Source: Azolla caroliniana
Lineage: Eukaryota; Plantae; Polypodiophyta
DNA length: 64,000 nucleotides
Assembly (NCBI GenBank): GCA_043228905.1
Contig: JBHGNT010000021.1
Location: 8,556,001-8,620,000, forward strand
Direction: 5' to 3'
This document shows positions 35,578 through 50,160 of the stretch, piece after piece. Both the position numbers and the translations under genes were made by a program. The notes under the pieces were generated by a model that saw only the letters and a list, made by a program, of their open reading frames with translations, was not told the origin of the DNA and ran no database searches. How positions within the stretch are numbered: the first letter of the stretch is position 1; every line of letters starts with the position of its first letter.

Positions 35578-38500
35578 ACGTGCAAGATCGAGAGTAGGTG
35601 GGTCTCCTGCTAGAGATGGATGACAAGTTGAAGGCCGATTGGGCTGTGGTAAAGAGACTCTGCAACCATTTCGATAAGCAACCCAAGTGGAGCGACGAGG
35701 GTTCGTCGACTACGGGACCAGTCACGGCAAGGAAGTTTGAAGAGTCGTTGCTACCGTGAAAGGAGGAGACCCGAAGTTGGCTTGAGACAGGCTCGGCCCC
35801 AACCGGCGTGGTCAAGGGCCCATCCGGAGGAGCGGGTCTGGAAGATCTGACACAGATGGTGCGTGATCTTCAGATCGCACAAGCCGGAGAGACAGCGGTG
35901 CATGTGGTGCGACGCGGTCGGCCACAACAAAAGAGACTGCGCAAAATTTACGGAAGTGCTCAGAAGTAATGTGGTTTACCTGTTGAACGGGCGGGTACAC
36001 GCTAATGACAACCGGAGATCCCGGGAGATGAATAGCGGACGCAGCGGAAGGAAGCGAGTGATGGAGGAAGCTGCGGCGTGCCACGAGGAGGCCGTTCACT
36101 ATTCTGCGTCGACTGGGATGCATGTCAGAGGCGACAGAGGCCAAAGGACGAAGGATTCTGCATTTTGGTCGTCGGTACTAAGAGGCCACTCTAGAGTACG
36201 GCTGAAGAGGGAGGAACTGGACCACGCGGAGAAGTGGATCCGGGAAGTCACAGGGTGGTCCGATCCGGTTGAGGAGAAGACCGGGTTTGTGGAAGCAATG
36301 TGCCAGATCTATGAAGTTCTGGTAGAGGACAAGCGTGCGGGAAAGGCTAGTGGACCGGACCCCTGAATCGGTATGAGACTGGGTTCGGACCGAGGAAGAA
36401 CGATGCTGGTAATCCTAGCATACCGGACAAAACGAAGCAGGCTGGCTACCGACTGAGCACGAAGATTGAGAGATCGACGAGCTTGCGGAAGGTCCTTGAA
36501 GAGCGGATCCTCAACAACAAGGTGGAGTTGTCATTGAGAGAAGTGCTCGGAATTGCGAAGAGGGAATTCCACGATTCCATCATGGATTTGGTAAAGCGCA
36601 AACGACTCTCGATGGAGCCGGAACCGGAGAAGCCCGTGGAAGTACGGACAACGCACCTGGAGGAGGAAGCCTTGGAGGATGAGTTGGCAGAGAGCCACTA
36701 CTCAAAGATACATTGGGCAAGAGCTACTACGGAGACCCCGGTCTGGATCGGGAACGTCGAGGAGCCTGTGGTAGCATTGATAGACCATGGATCCGAAATC
36801 AACCTGATGTCCATGGACTTCTACAGGAAGGGGAAATAGCCAATCAACACCAAGCAAGGGTGGAAAATACTCGCGGCTACACGCGTTACGGAGGAGTTGC
36901 ACAGAGCGTGCCCGAATGTGCATGTAAAGATCGGCGGCATCGAAATAGACCAGCATTTCTTCATGTAGGAAACATCCTCACACCCGGTTATACTTGGAAA
37001 GCCATACATTACGGCGGCTCGTATGGAGACCAAGGTGTTGGACAACGGTTCTGCGTACGCGTGGGTGAAAAGCCAAGATGGGCGTCACTCTGTCCAATTT
37101 TTGATGGTACGACCGAACCATGAGCACAACCGTGAGACTCTCGGCAGTTATGGCTGAGAGGATTTCTAGAGAGGGCTATCAAGGCGTGGGGCCATGATAG
37201 TCTGGACACCCTGGAAGAACCCCACACGTGTACCATAGGTAGGAAGTTTTGGTTCTCCGATAACGGAGGTTGTATGCTAAATGGCATCAGCGACCGGGAA
37301 AGGAAGTGAGTAGAGAAGCGCCTCAGGGTGTACGGAGCCCTCCGCCCCGACGAAGAGATTGGCGGTGCTATTGAGGCGGTCTCTTTCGACGACACCCTCG
37401 AAGAGATAAGGAAGTTGTTCGAAGGAAGCCGGGTGATTCCTGTTAATTCCGTGGAAATGTACGAAGTCATTGCGGGCTTCGGGGAAGAGGTCGGGTCGGA
37501 TCGGACGGCCCGCGTAAACACGAAATACAAGACTCTGGACTAGAAGTTGAGGCTGGTGGCGGCTCCCTTTCCGGAGGGCAGCAAGGAACAGATAAAGGGG
37601 GTCGTGTCGGACCTAAGTTTACGGAATCCGGCCGGCATAGGACATCGGTTCATCAATAAAACGCTACGGGATCTCAAGGTCGGTGGGGGTGGCTTTCTAC
37701 TACCGGCGGAGGAGGACCGGTTTCGGAAAATGCATCGGAAGGCTTTCGCATTCTTGCCGGATAAGATCAGGTGCGTGGACCCGACGATAGTTGAACCAAT
37801 GGTTATCTTCACGGTACCGCATGTGCCATGGAACCTCAAACCGATTCCAATACCAAGAGCTCACATGCCGAAATTGATGGAGCTACTGAAGCAGAAGGTG
37901 GAGATGGGCATCCTCGAGCCGTCGAGTGCCCCGTATTCGAATCGGTGGTTTACAATACTGAAGAAGAACGACACGTTGCGCTTCATTCAAGATTTGCAGT
38001 CGGTCAACAAAGTGACTATAAGAAACGTAGGGATCAGGCCGACGATTGACGAGTTTGCAGAGGTCTTCGCTGGAAGGTCGGTCTATTCGATTTGTGATCT
38101 ATACTTGGGATATGATCAATTCCAACTAGCCGTAGAGAGCACGGATATTACGACAATGCGGACTCCTCTGTGTTTGGTGTTGATAAGTACCCTCCCGCAA
38201 GGAGGGACCAACTCGATGACGCACATGGTGAACGCAATGAATAAAGTGCTAAGGGACCGCATCCCAAACGTTACCATGCTGTTTTTGGATGACATCCTAA
38301 TCAAAGGATGTCCAGTGGAGGATATGGACAAATCGGTCGGACCGGACGGGTGCCGTAAGTTTGTGGCGGACCACATCGAAGACTGCAAAAAGGTGCTATA
38401 GAGGCTCGAGAGCGCGTGGCTCACCTTCTCCAGAGAGAAATCAGCTTTCGGGCAGTCTAAAATCATGGTGGTCGGACACTTGTGCGGGCCTTACAGCCGG

Positions 38501-40365
38501 AAACCGTCTCCGGCGAAAGTGGAAGCCATCTCCGCGATGAAGAAAGAATGCAAGTCGGTTACGAAGGTTCAGAGGTTCTTGGGCGCGTGCGCATTCTACC
38601 ACATTTAGGTCCCACATTACGCACACGTTGCGGGGCCACTCTACGGATTGTTGAACAAAGGGCGTAGGTTCAGGTGGACAAAGGAACATACAAAGTCAGT
38701 TTAGAGGTTGAAGGAAGCACTAACTGCGGGACCGGCACTTTAGAAAGCAGTTTATGGCAACGAGGTTCCGATCTACGTGACCATTGACACGAGCCCGACC
38801 GGAATCAGATGGGTGGTCAACCAGGAGGATGAGAGTGGCACAAGGTTCCCCATCCAATTCGGAGCGAAGGTACTAAGCGAGCGGCAGCGAGGGTACACCC
38901 AGGTTAAGTGCGAACTTTGGGGTATCGTTTCGGCAGTCAAGGCCGACAAAGACTATCTTATTGGGACAGATGTAATAATCGAGTCAAACCGCCTACCGAT
39001 CCTCGGTATTGTTAAGATTCTATTACTAATCAATAGACCAAAGTAAAGTAAAAGAAGGAAAATAGAATGGATAAAATAACTCGTTCCACCCGACCACCCC
39101 CGAGCTATGATCTAGACATAGCCAACCTACCACCGACGTCCCATACCGCCGGATATTAGGATGACTAATACCTTGGAAGAGATAAACACGATCATCGAGA
39201 TGAAAAGGCTCTCCATTCATTGGTTGTCCAAATCATGATAGTGCATGCACCTATCATTCCTTCTATCCAATCATTAATCCCTTTTTAAGATTAGTGAACA
39301 TGCCCTTCACTAATGTAAATATTGGTGACCTACCCTCACGAACGTTATGTGTACATAGCAGGTATGGTTTCCGGTTGCGCGACACTGGACTTGGCAATAC
39401 TAAGGTGGATCGCCTACATTAATTCCCTGAATCCGGAGATATGGCATATCTCCGGAAAGGACAATGCCATAGCCGACATGCACTCGAGAGCACGGTTTGA
39501 TGACGAGGGTGGCATGGTTTCTGAGGACGAAGAAGTCGGCGTGGACTTCTTCGAGTCGGCTCGCATAGCGGCAAGGGAGGGGAGCACTCCGGCACTTAAC
39601 GAATTTAACGAGGACGAATACAAGGGGGAGTGGCTCCAGATCGGCAAGTACTTGAGGACGTTGACACTAGACGCGGCATGGACGATGGACGAGGCAAACC
39701 GGATTCGGAAGAAGGTGTACCGGTTCTTCCTACGGGACGAGAGCTTATGGAGGCATTTGAAAAAGCGAAACTGTGTCCCATTCCGCGTAGCGGCAAGAGT
39801 AGAGGAACAAAAGGCATTGTTATTGGCGTATCACGAGAGTCCTTGGGTCGGACATAGTGGAACGTGGGCCACAATCGAGAAGCTGAAGGAAAGGTATTGG
39901 TGGTCGGGAATGTATCGGGACGTGCACCAATTCGTGATGACCTGTAAGAGCTGCCAGATGCATTCCACGATCTGACACCGAGACGAGTTGCACCCGACCT
40001 ACCCGCCGACCATCCATTACAAGTGGATGGTGGACTTAGTGACGATGTCAATGGGGGTAGGGCAGATGTGGTACCTGGTGCTTGCCCGAGAGGACCTAAC
40101 AAACTGAGTGGACGGTCATGCATTGCAGAACAAACAACCGCGGCCGTGTGCTGGTTCCTGATCGAGGAGGTGATATGCCGGTATAGGTGCGTGGGGAAGA
40201 TTGTGGCTGACCGAGGAGAGCTGGACACACAGGAAGCCGGGGAACTTTTCGGCCGATTAGGGGTTAAGCTCTCTCTCACAACGGCGTATAATCCGAAGGC
40301 GAACGGAAAGGTGGAGTGCAGACACGAGTTGATCATGAAGGCAATAGTACGAGCATGCAAAGGAC
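35578..40365 (+). pseudogene. Degenerate gag-pol of gypsy copy A
   Basis: CMWCDAVGHNKRDC zinc knuckle, LIDHGSE, DLYLGYDQF, LPQGGTNS, FLDD, IDTSPTG, KIVADRGE. Confidence 0.88.
39010..39360. mobile_element. Solo LTR in the RNase H of gypsy copy A
   Basis: TG...CA termini; TSD GGTAT at 39005-39009 and 39361-39365; excision restores LPILG|MVSGC. Confidence 0.9.
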
Positions 40366-40547
40366 CTCTATCTAACTCGCGTGTAGTTGTGTTTTCGTCT
40401 GAACCGGTGAGCATGGTGCTTGCCAGGAACCAGTACTTGCCGATCCATCGCTTCCGTTCTCTTCCTTCTCTTTTTTCGCACACTCCTTGGTTCAGAGCCT
40501 CCGCGGTTCTGCCTTAGTTTCTTGTGCGCACACATAACAACCCGACA

Positions 40548-43500
40548 CCGTGATGGGAACGCCCAGGTCCTTCATGATGCATTTGAGCTAGACAGATTCG
40601 CACGCGGCGACTGCCATGCCCCTGCATTCAGTCTCCGTGCTCGACAGTGCGATTGTCGGATGTTTCTTGTTGCTCCAGGAGAAGACGAATCCGGAAGTGG
40701 ATCGTCTATCGACCTTATAACTGGCCCAGTCTACATCTGTGTACCCTTCGAGTCAAATAAGTGTATTCGACTTATACATGATGTCGTAATCCATCGTTGT
40801 ACGGACATACCAAAGTATCCATGCCCCTGCATTCGGTCTCCGTGCTCGACAGTGCGATTGTCGGATGTTTCTTGTTGCTCTAGGAGAAGACGAATCCGAA
40901 GTGGATCGTCTATCGGCCTTATAACTGGCCCAGTCTGCATCCGTGTACCCTTTGAGTCGAATAAGCGTATTCGACTTATACATGATGTCGTAATCCATCA
41001 TTGTACGGACATACCAAAGTATCCTCTTAGCACAATCGTGATGATCATTTCGTGGGTTCTAGATGAATTGGCTAAGTAGGCCGACTGAATATTTAAGATC
41101 AGATCGTGTGACGGTTAGATAGATTAGGTTGCCGATCAATTGCTGATACTGAGTTGGTTCACACTTGGCCGTGGCCGAATCAACATCAAGCTTGAGATTT
41201 CGGTCGAGAGAGGTAGACACAGGTTTGCACTCGGTCATTCCGAACATGTAGTGTAAGATCAGAACGTAGTGGCGTTGAGTGATCTATATCCCGATACCAA
41301 GGAAGTAATGGAGCTCGTGCATATCTTTCATTTCGAATATGCCGAATAGGAGTGATTTTACCTTATTAATCTTGGCGAGATCCTTTCCACCGATTACTAG
41401 ATCATCCATGTACAAGATGATGACCATTGGGTTGTTCAACTCATTTCAGATGTACATGGAGTTGTCCGATTTCGACACTCGAAAGTCAATTTGATCAAGA
41501 TATTGAGTGATCTTCGAATGTCAAGCACGTGGTGCTTCTTTAGTCTACACACTGCTTTCGGATGATTTTTCGATTCAAATCTAGGTGGTTTGTACCATGT
41601 ACACCTCCTCTTCTAATTCTCCTTGAAGAAAGGTGTTCTTAACGTCCATTTGGTGGAGATGCCACCCTTTCGCAGTTGCGAGTGCAATTACAGTCCGCAC
41701 AGTCATCACTTTTGCCACCGAGGCAAAGGTCTCCTCATAATCGACTCCGTGCATTTGTGCGTATCCTTTTGCAATGAGTCTGCTTTGAAGTGATTTACAG
41801 AGCCCTCAGCATTGTATTTGACATTATAGATCCATCTACAACCAATCACTTTCCTGTGAGGTGAATGGGGAACAAGATCCCATGTCTCGTTTTCGCACAA
41901 GGTTTGCATTTCTTCATTCATCGCGTCAACCCATCGCGACTCCTTCATGACTTCGGAAAGTGTTTCCGGCTCTCGGACAGTTGCTACCTTCATCATAAAG
42001 GCATAATGATACACCATGTACTCATCGTAGCCAAATCGGCTTACGGGGGGTTCTTTTCACGGGTGGACCGGCGTAGCTTCTCGTTCGCGGAGACTAATAC
42101 TTTCTTCACTCCATTCGTCTGGATGATCGGGATGTCCAAGACTTCGAACTCACTGTTAAGGGAGTGAGTTGACTCATTATCAATTGAATCTTCATATGCG
42201 GACATCTTGGCCTTCCCTTTATCGACTCATGAGGGGTTACGTCGTGTACCCCAAAGATTGTACACTTGTTCATGAGATATACGGTCGTGTTCGTCGCTTC
42301 TTCCCAATATGATTTCGGCAGGTTCTTCTCATTCATCATTGCCCGTGCAACCTCTACTATGTGCCGATTCTTCCGTTCGACTACACCATTTTGCTGAGGT
42401 GTATATCGACACGAGAACTCTCATCGAATTCCTTCCTTTTGGAGATATGCCATAAATTCGTCCGAGAAATACTCCTTTGCTCCATCTGATCAAAGGCATC
42501 GTACGTGTTGACCCGTGGCTTTTTCGACTTCATTTTTAAACTTTTGGAAGTGTCCGAACACTTCGCTCTTCTGCCGCATAGGGTAGATCCAGGTGTGCTT
42601 GGAGAAGTCGTCGTTGAACATGACATAGTAGCGGCAACCTCCAAATGTTGCAGTCTGGGTTGGTCCCAACACATATGAATGTACTACATCCAGGATCCCT
42701 TTACTGACGTTCCTCTCTTCTGAGAATGGATGTCGGTGTTGTTTCCCAAATTGGCATGCCCCGCATATGCTCGTAATCTCTTTCTCCATAAATGTCGGGA
42801 GTCTGATTACGACTCCTTTCAATTGCACATTCCGGAGCTTTTGGAGATTGATGTGGCCGATTCTCTTGTGCCACAGTTTCAAGTTTGTTTCAATTTTGAG
42901 GCCTTTTGCGAACATAGTCGATTTCACCTCCTTTGATTTGAGGATGAACATTTGGCCTTCTCGGCGACCATGCACTATGATTTGATCGTCCTTTTCAATG
43001 AAGCACCCTTCATTATTGAATTGTACTTGCATACCTTGTTCGACAATCTAGCCGACCGAGACCAGGTTTTTTGTGATGGTTGGGACATGCAAGACGTTCT
43101 TGAGGTAGGTTTTTTTGCCGTCATTTCCGAATGGAACATTTTTGACATGCCAAATTGGGTGAGTTGTATCATCTCCGATTTCGACATAGTCGGTTCAATC
43201 GGGCTTTCGTAATTCTTGGAACCAATCTTCATGGGACATCATGTGATTGGATGTTCCCAAGACAACAAACCATATCCTATCTGAAGAAGAGGTACTAGTC
43301 GGGGCTTGTGCCGACATCGAATGTGTTTGATCGTCATAGTCGGAATTCGAATCGTAGTTCGTGAGTTGTCAACTAGTCAAAAACAAGTCTCGTATCTTTT
43401 TTCAGCACTCCTCTTTATAGTGGCTTTGTTTTCCACAATTCCTGCATTTGATTGGGTTGTTACAATTGCTTGGTCCGGCAGGTTGGCTCCCCCTTCTGCC

Positions 43501-43996
43501 GAACTCTTTGGTACTGTTCCTGTCCTCTTGCCATTGTTGGGAGTTACACTCTTGGGTCGCCTGACCGTGTCCGCCTCATCCGAACCGACTTCTATTTCCA
43601 CGGCCAAATCCTCTTCTATCATCCGACTGTGAGTAGAGCATCTGACCATCAGGCTTATTGTTCGTTTGTCAAACGTAATTTTCCTCAACCAAAAGAATCG
43701 ATTGAAGGTCGAAAAAGGAGGGAAGGTTCTCCTCGCAAGAATGGCCGATCTGATCGTGTCGAATCTAGGTGCCAAGTCACCGAGGCATATTTGCACCATT
43801 TCGTCATCGTCAATGACGGCATTAACCGAACTGAAGGCATCGCATAACTCCTTGATCTTCAAGGTATAGCCGGTGATCGACATGTCCCTCTGTTGCATGT
43901 TGTTTAGCTCTTGTCGAAGTTGGAGCTTTTGTGCAACCGTATTGACCGCAAAAATCCTAGACTTCAGATTTCCCCAAGCTTCTTTCGGCGTTTTCG
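40548..43996 (-). pseudogene. Degenerate gag-pol of the host copia element
   Basis: gag KLQLRQEL, LWHKRIGH, integrase DDFSKHTW, RT WVDAMNEEM/IGCRWIY, RNase H GYTDADWA. Includes a ~205-bp tandem duplication at 40614-41024. Confidence 0.9.
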
Positions 43997-44314
43997 TGTC
44001 ATAATATGGCAAGACTTGAACCCATGACTTTATGTTATATAGGTCAAACTCTTGACCATTACACTATCTATTGTAATACATAAGATATAGTTTTACTATA
44101 GAAAATTAAGGTATATTGTAAATTTCTTTGGAACATTCTAGAAGCTTCAGGACTACTCCTGAGAACACTATAAAAGGAGCCACAAGGCATTATTTCGAAC
44201 CAAATTGGTTCAACGCTAGTCTTAAGCCTCATAACTATTTTGTATTTTACTCTTCACATAATATATCATCTGTTATCATCATTCTCTCTCTGTTTTAGTA
44301 CTATTCCTGACAGT

Positions 44315-44326
44315 TTGAACCAATTT
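44315..44326 (+). promoter_or_regulatory. Putative self-priming PBS
   Basis: TTGAACCAATTT is perfectly complementary to AAATTGGTTCAA (44202-44213), about 30 nt downstream of the LTR TATA box. Confidence 0.75.
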
Positions 44327-47300
44327 CCTCCCTCTAGTCTTCTTTTCGATTTCCCTCATCCTCTTACCCCTTTTTCCAATACTATGGCTATTGTTAGCAC
44401 CCAAGACTATCAATCCGTTTTTTCCAAGCTTCAGTGTCTAAAAGAAAATTTCATTGCATTGGAACAAGAAAACCAAAGATTGTTAGGGGATCTTCAACAA
44501 ATTGCTTTAGAAAAACAGCAAACACAGCAACAACATGGGGAGTTGCAACAGCAACATGGGGAGTTAGTGTTACGTGTGCAACAACTCGAAGCAACCATCG
44601 TAGCATTGCCACAACAGGGATCAAGTCCCCAAGGACTTCATAAGGAGCCCAAGATTGGACTTCCTGTGAAATTCGATGGAACATGATCACAATTCAGAGG
44701 ATTCCTTAATCAGGTATGTTTAGTCATTCAGATGCATCCTTCCCGATACCCCACTGATGCATCCCGAGTAGACTTAATAGGCACGTTGCTCAGCGGCTCA
44801 GCCTTGGCATGGTTCGCTCCGCTTTTAGAAAAAAATCTCCCTTGCTTAATAACTTTGAAGACTTTATCAGGGAGTTTAAAGCCTGCTTTGGAGATACCGA
44901 CAACATCAGGACAGTGATCAACAAGATCCGACGATTGCATCAAAGCAATCTCCAGCCTCTACCTACACGGCGGATTTCCGTCTACTCGTCAAAGATTTAC
45001 TTTTAACCTTCCCCGAAGAACCAAAATCTCTTACAGAGGCAATCAGTCGAGCGGTTCGATGCGACAACCGCCTTTTTGAACAACGTTAGGAATGACAATT
45101 ACAAATACCATGGACTAGGCCAGAGCCCACATATGCCTCAATCGCACCTAAACCGTTTGCACAAGATGTATCTCAAGCAAATACTCCAACACCAATGGAA
45201 ATCGACACCATGCATCGATGTGGCCCGTTATCGGAAGAAGAAAAGCAACGACGACGTGAAAATCGATTATGTCTTTATTACGGTGGACCAGGGCATATCG
45301 CAATCAATTGTCCCCATAGGCCAAGAAGACAAGTAAATCAAATCGTAGCATGTACTAAACCTGAGTCAATTCCCTTAGGAGTGTTTGATAGTATTAATAG
45401 TACTAATAGCCCAAGTATCTCAAACAAATTTGAAATCCTTAGTCAATTAGAGGAAGAGTTAAACGACTAAGTCCAGCCAAAATAGGAGCCGCTTGGTTGG
45501 ACAACCCTAGATCTATGCAGCCCATTAGTGGTTCCATTCCCTCTAAGCAAGTTAGAAATGTGTTCTTAGCCCAAGTCATGGTTAGTACTAGAAGTACCCC
45601 TCAAGTACACGTCTTAGCACTTTTAGATTCTGGAGCCCATTCCTATTTCATGTATCGGAATTTTACCCAAGCATTTCAAATATCCTTAAGAAAACTTCCT
45701 TGCCCCGCATCTATAGTAGTCATTGATGGTCGTCCCATTGCTTCTGGGAATATCGTAGAAGAGTCAAAACCCATTCAGGTTGTCCTAGATAGCTTTGTGT
45801 CTATGGTATCATTTAATATAATTAGTAGTCCAGAGCATCCCATTGTCCTAGGATTACCTTGGTTTGAATTACATAATCCAGATATAGATTGGAGAACAAG
45901 ATAAGTTTGGTATCGACAACCCTGAGAATCTACTCATCGAGTTTCGACCATTTCACTCCATCAATTACATGAAGAAGGACACAAAGAGTTAATGTTTCTA
46001 TTTGCAATATTAGTACATCCTTCTAGCACTATTAAGAAGGAATCCTTAGTTCAACTTCCCCCAAAATATCATCCTTATGCCGATGTATTTGACAAGGTAA
46101 AATCTGGTACTCTTCCTTATCATCGTCCCTATGATTGTCCCATTGATTTACAATAAAAAAGAGCCACCGTGGGGACCGATTTACAACTTGTCACCAATTG
46201 AGTTGGAAGTCCTTCGAGCCTACATAGAGGAGAATTTGGCAAGCAGGTTTATTCGTCATTCGAAATCTCCGGCCGGTGCACCCATTTTCTTTGTCAAGAA
46301 GAAAGATGGATCCCTTTGTCTCATCGTTGATTATCGCAGATTGAATAAGATCACCATCAGGAATAGGTATGCACTTCCCCTTATATCAAGTCTTTTAGAA
46401 CGTGTAAATGGTGCTAAATTTTTTACAAAAATCGACTTACGAGGAGCATATAACCTCATGCGGATCCGACCGGGAGACGAATGGAAGACCTCTTTTCGCA
46501 CCCAATATGGGCACTTCGAGTATACCGTTATGCCGTTCGGTCTAACCAATGCGCCCGCAATCTTCCAGCACATGGCAAATGATATTTTCAAAGACCTCTT
46601 GGATATCTGTTTGATCATCTATCTGGATGATATATTGATTTATTCGAAGACCCAGGAAGAGCATGATTCTCATGTACTATTAGTACTAAAACGACTCTGA
46701 CAACATGGTCTTTATGCCAAAATAGAAAAATGTAGCTTTGACTACAAGCAAGTGGAATTTCTAGGCTACGTCATCTCCTCAAAAGGCATCTCCATGGATC
46801 CAGCTAAAGTCAAAACTGTGCTAGAGTGGCAAACTCCATGTTCGTTACGAGATGTGAAATGTTTCCTAGGCTTCGCTAACTTCTACTACAAGTTTATACA
46901 AGATTACTCGAAGATTATTTTGCCTCTCACACAACTTACCAAGAAGGGACAGTCATTTCTTTGGTCCAATGAAGCCGTCATGGCTTTTGTGCATCTTAAG
47001 AAAGCCTTTACATCAGCTCCTATTCTAACTCATGTGGATACAAACAAACCATTCATCATGGAGGCCGACACATTGGATTTCGCCCTCGGTAGCATCCTTT
47101 CACAACAAGGAGATAAACAAGTGTTACATCATGTGGCTTTCCATTCGCGCAAATTTGATGCCGCGAAAATCAACTACGAGATACATGACAAGGAGTTATT
47201 AGCCATCGTGGATTCGTTTGTGCAATGGTGGCACTTCTTAGAGGGCTCTCCTCATCAGGTCATCGTCTTCAGTGATCACAAAAAACTTGCTTATTTCCAA

Positions 47301-48982
47301 AATGCTCGCATACTAAATCAACGGCAAGCTCAGTGGGCCCAATTCCTCACGCATTTTGACTTCAAAATCAGATATCGGTCGGGGAAGCAAGTTGCAACAA
47401 GGAAAAGTAGATGCACTATCGCAACACTCATATCTTGCACCTCGTCCTAGTGATCCAACATTTGATAATCAAAAGCAGGTAATCTTGGGATCAACACATT
47501 TGCACACAACGCGAATTTTTCACACTCCACTGGATTCTTGGATTATCGATGCCATACGTGCCAATTTGAAGACAGACAGTTTTGCTCAAGCCATTCTAGC
47601 GCAAATGGATGCCTCTCGGGCATCCTGTTCCCAGTCTCAACAACCAAGTATGGACTACCAACAATTTGAATATCATGATGGTTTATTATTCTTTAAAAAG
47701 CTCATGTATGTTCCCGATTGCTCTTGTCTCCTTCAAATCGTCCAAAATTGTCACGACACCCGTATAGCCGGACGTTTCGTTAATACTAAGAGGTTGGATC
47801 TAGTCCGACGATCTTTTTGGTGGCCCCATATGCGACGTTTTGTGGACGAGTACGTTCGGACCTATGATGCTTGTTGCCGAGCAAAGATGTCACGACATCA
47901 TCCACATGGCTTGTTGGAGTCCTTACCAATTCCAAGTAAGCTGTGGCAATCCATTTGTCTTGATTTTATCACAGATCTTCCAGTCTCGAAGGGCTTCAAT
48001 GCTATCTTAACCGTCGTTGACCCATATACTAAGATGGCACATTTTGTGCCTTGTACTAAGGCCATCACTAGTGAGGAAACCGCCGCCCTTGTCATGCATG
48101 AGGTATTTCGGCATCATGGCCTCCTAGACAGTATCATCAATGATCGAGGACCTCAATTCTTCTCCAAATTTTGGAAGCATCTCTTCAAGATGCTCAAGGT
48201 CTCTTGTAACCTCTCCTCTGGCTACCATCCCCAGACCGATGGGCAGGCAGAATGAACAAATCAAATGCTGGAACAATACCTCCGGTGTTTTCTGAGTTAT
48301 CAACATGATTGGGTTGATATTCTCCACTTTGCGGAGTTTTCTTATAATAACGCTATTCACTCCTCCACTCGGGTCTCCCCATTTTACGCTTATACCAGTT
48401 CTCATCCTCGTTGGTCTGTGATCGACACTCCAGCTACCAAATTCAGACGGATCTATCTACTCATCTTCGTCATGCTCAACACACATGGAAGACTTATGCA
48501 AATCGTCATTAGCTTCCCTCCTCATTTGCCATCAGAGATCGAGTATGGCTCTTACGTCGTCACATCATGACAAATTGGATTATCAACGACTCGGTCCTTT
48601 CCGTATTACCGCCAAGATTAATGATGTCACGTTCCGCCTTGATCTTTCCTCCGCACCTTCAGATACATCCGGTCTTCCATAGTTCTCTTCTCGAACCGTG
48701 TATCAGGCCAACACTATTCCCAATCGTGTTACACCGCCACAGCCAGCCTGGAGTATGAAGTTGTTGTCGTCCTCGACTCCAAGTTTGTTTGCAACAAACT
48801 TTGTTATTTGGTCGATTGGCTCGGCTATAGTCTGAGCGAACGTACTTGGGAACCCGTCAAGCATGTTGCCAATGCTTTGGATCTTCTTGCTGATTTCCAC
48901 CGATAGTATCCGGACAAACCTGGTCCCCAATCAACGCCTACTTGTAACACTCGTCATTTTAAGGGGGAATAATGTCATGATA

Positions 48983-49046
48983 TGGCAAGACTCGAACCCA
49001 TGACCTTATGCTATATGGGTCGAGCTCTTGACCATTACACTATCTA
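48983..49046 (-). pseudogene. tRNA-derived A-box/B-box cassette in LTR U3; second copy at 44007-44070
   Basis: The minus strand reads TAGTGTAATGG...GGGTTCGAGTCTTGCCA. Cloverleaf stems are not preserved. Confidence 0.6.
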
Positions 49047-49259
49047 TTGTAATACGTAGAATATTATTTTCATTTAAGTTTTACTATAGAACATTAAGGT
49101 ATATCCTAGATTTCTCTAGAACATTCTAGAAGCTTCAGGACTAGTCTTGAGAACACTATAAAGGAGGCACAAGGCATTATAGATATTTTGTATTTACTCT
49201 TCACATAATATATCATATGTTATCATCATTCTCTCTCTGTTTTAGTACTATTCTTGACA

Positions 49260-50160
49260 TTTCGAGTCACGAATATAGCCCAACATGTCGTCATGAACGC
49301 ATGACACAAGGCAGTACAACACACGGCTCGCTACCTGCTCCCACGATAGTGTGAAAGTGTTTTTAGAATTCAAGGTATTGAAGTCTACAAGAATATAAGG
49401 TATGGTGCGTTCACATCCGGAGGGCAAGATCATGAACCAAGGTCTCAAGGATAAGTCAAACTAAATGCAAGAAAGATGGAGAAAAGTAAAAGAAGAAAAA
49501 AGCGGGCCACCAAAACATAGTCTACAAAGAACTCTCATAACTCATTCGTTTGGAAGCCAAATATAATGTGCTAATATTGGTAAGAACTCTTGTGAATCTA
49601 GCTATCCATAGCTTTTTAAAGCTCTAAATTTGGAGCTCGGAAGAGGGAGATATGACTATTTGAAGATGTTGTGTCATAGATAAGAATAGGACAAGTTGAT
49701 GAAAAACTCTAAAAAAAGCATAAAAAAGAAAGCAAGGGAAACTTATCTAGTAGAGGAGAACTTCATATAAAGCAAGAAGAGTAAGGTGGTGGTGGGGAGT
49801 TTACTTCTTGTGGTGTTTTTTCTTGCCTATTCATGTAGTGTGGTTGTGTTGTTATCCATATATCTTTGTAGACTTGGATTTATGTATCATCTTTCTCTCT
49901 TCCTTCCATCATGATTATTCATTATCAATAGACCTTTGTGGTTTTGGATCTATATATCTTCCTTCTCTCTTCTTTCTATCATCTCTCTATTAGATAGGTA
50001 GTCGGCGTGTGTCGGGTTGGGTTGCGTTTTGTGAGCTCCCTCGATGTAGCTCCAGTAACCTTGTTTGACAAGGTACTGAGGCATCTTGTACTCCCAAGAT
50101 GTGAAGTTTGTTCTATCGAGCTTCTCGGTAGGAAGAGCGATTCCCATGTAGGTGTTCATT
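49260..50160 (-). pseudogene. Copia gag N-terminus, split by a solo LTR
   Basis: EKLDRTNFTSWEYKM..YL..QGYWSYIEG; SWEQVASRVLYCL..MLGYIRDS. Confidence 0.85.
49350..49992 (+). mobile_element. Solo LTR
   Basis: TG...TA termini; TSD GATAG at 49345-49349 and 49993-49997. Confidence 0.82.

Larger units (their letters stand above)
23705..40547 (+). mobile_element. Non-chromovirus Ty3/gypsy, tRNA-Trp-primed (Phygy-like, inferred), copy A; internally deleted and interrupted
   Basis: 5' LTR 23705-24453; PBS TGGTGAACCCGAC; gag starts ~24499 and resumes at 35578; PR LIDHGSE, RT FLDD, RH and IN up to ~40365; partial 3' LTR ~40366-40547. Flanks TTGT/CCGT fit a decayed 4-bp TSD. Confidence 0.85.
43997..49259 (+). 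mobile_element. Full-length degenerate Tcn1/Tf1-like chromovirus
   Basis: LTRs 43997-44312 and 48973-49259 (TGTCA...TGACA); TSD TTTCG; PPT AAGGGGGAA. gag PxKFDG, PMEID and zinc knuckle; ALLDSGA; YLDD; RNase H; integrase; chromodomain relic YLVDWLGY...TWEP. Confidence 0.93.
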
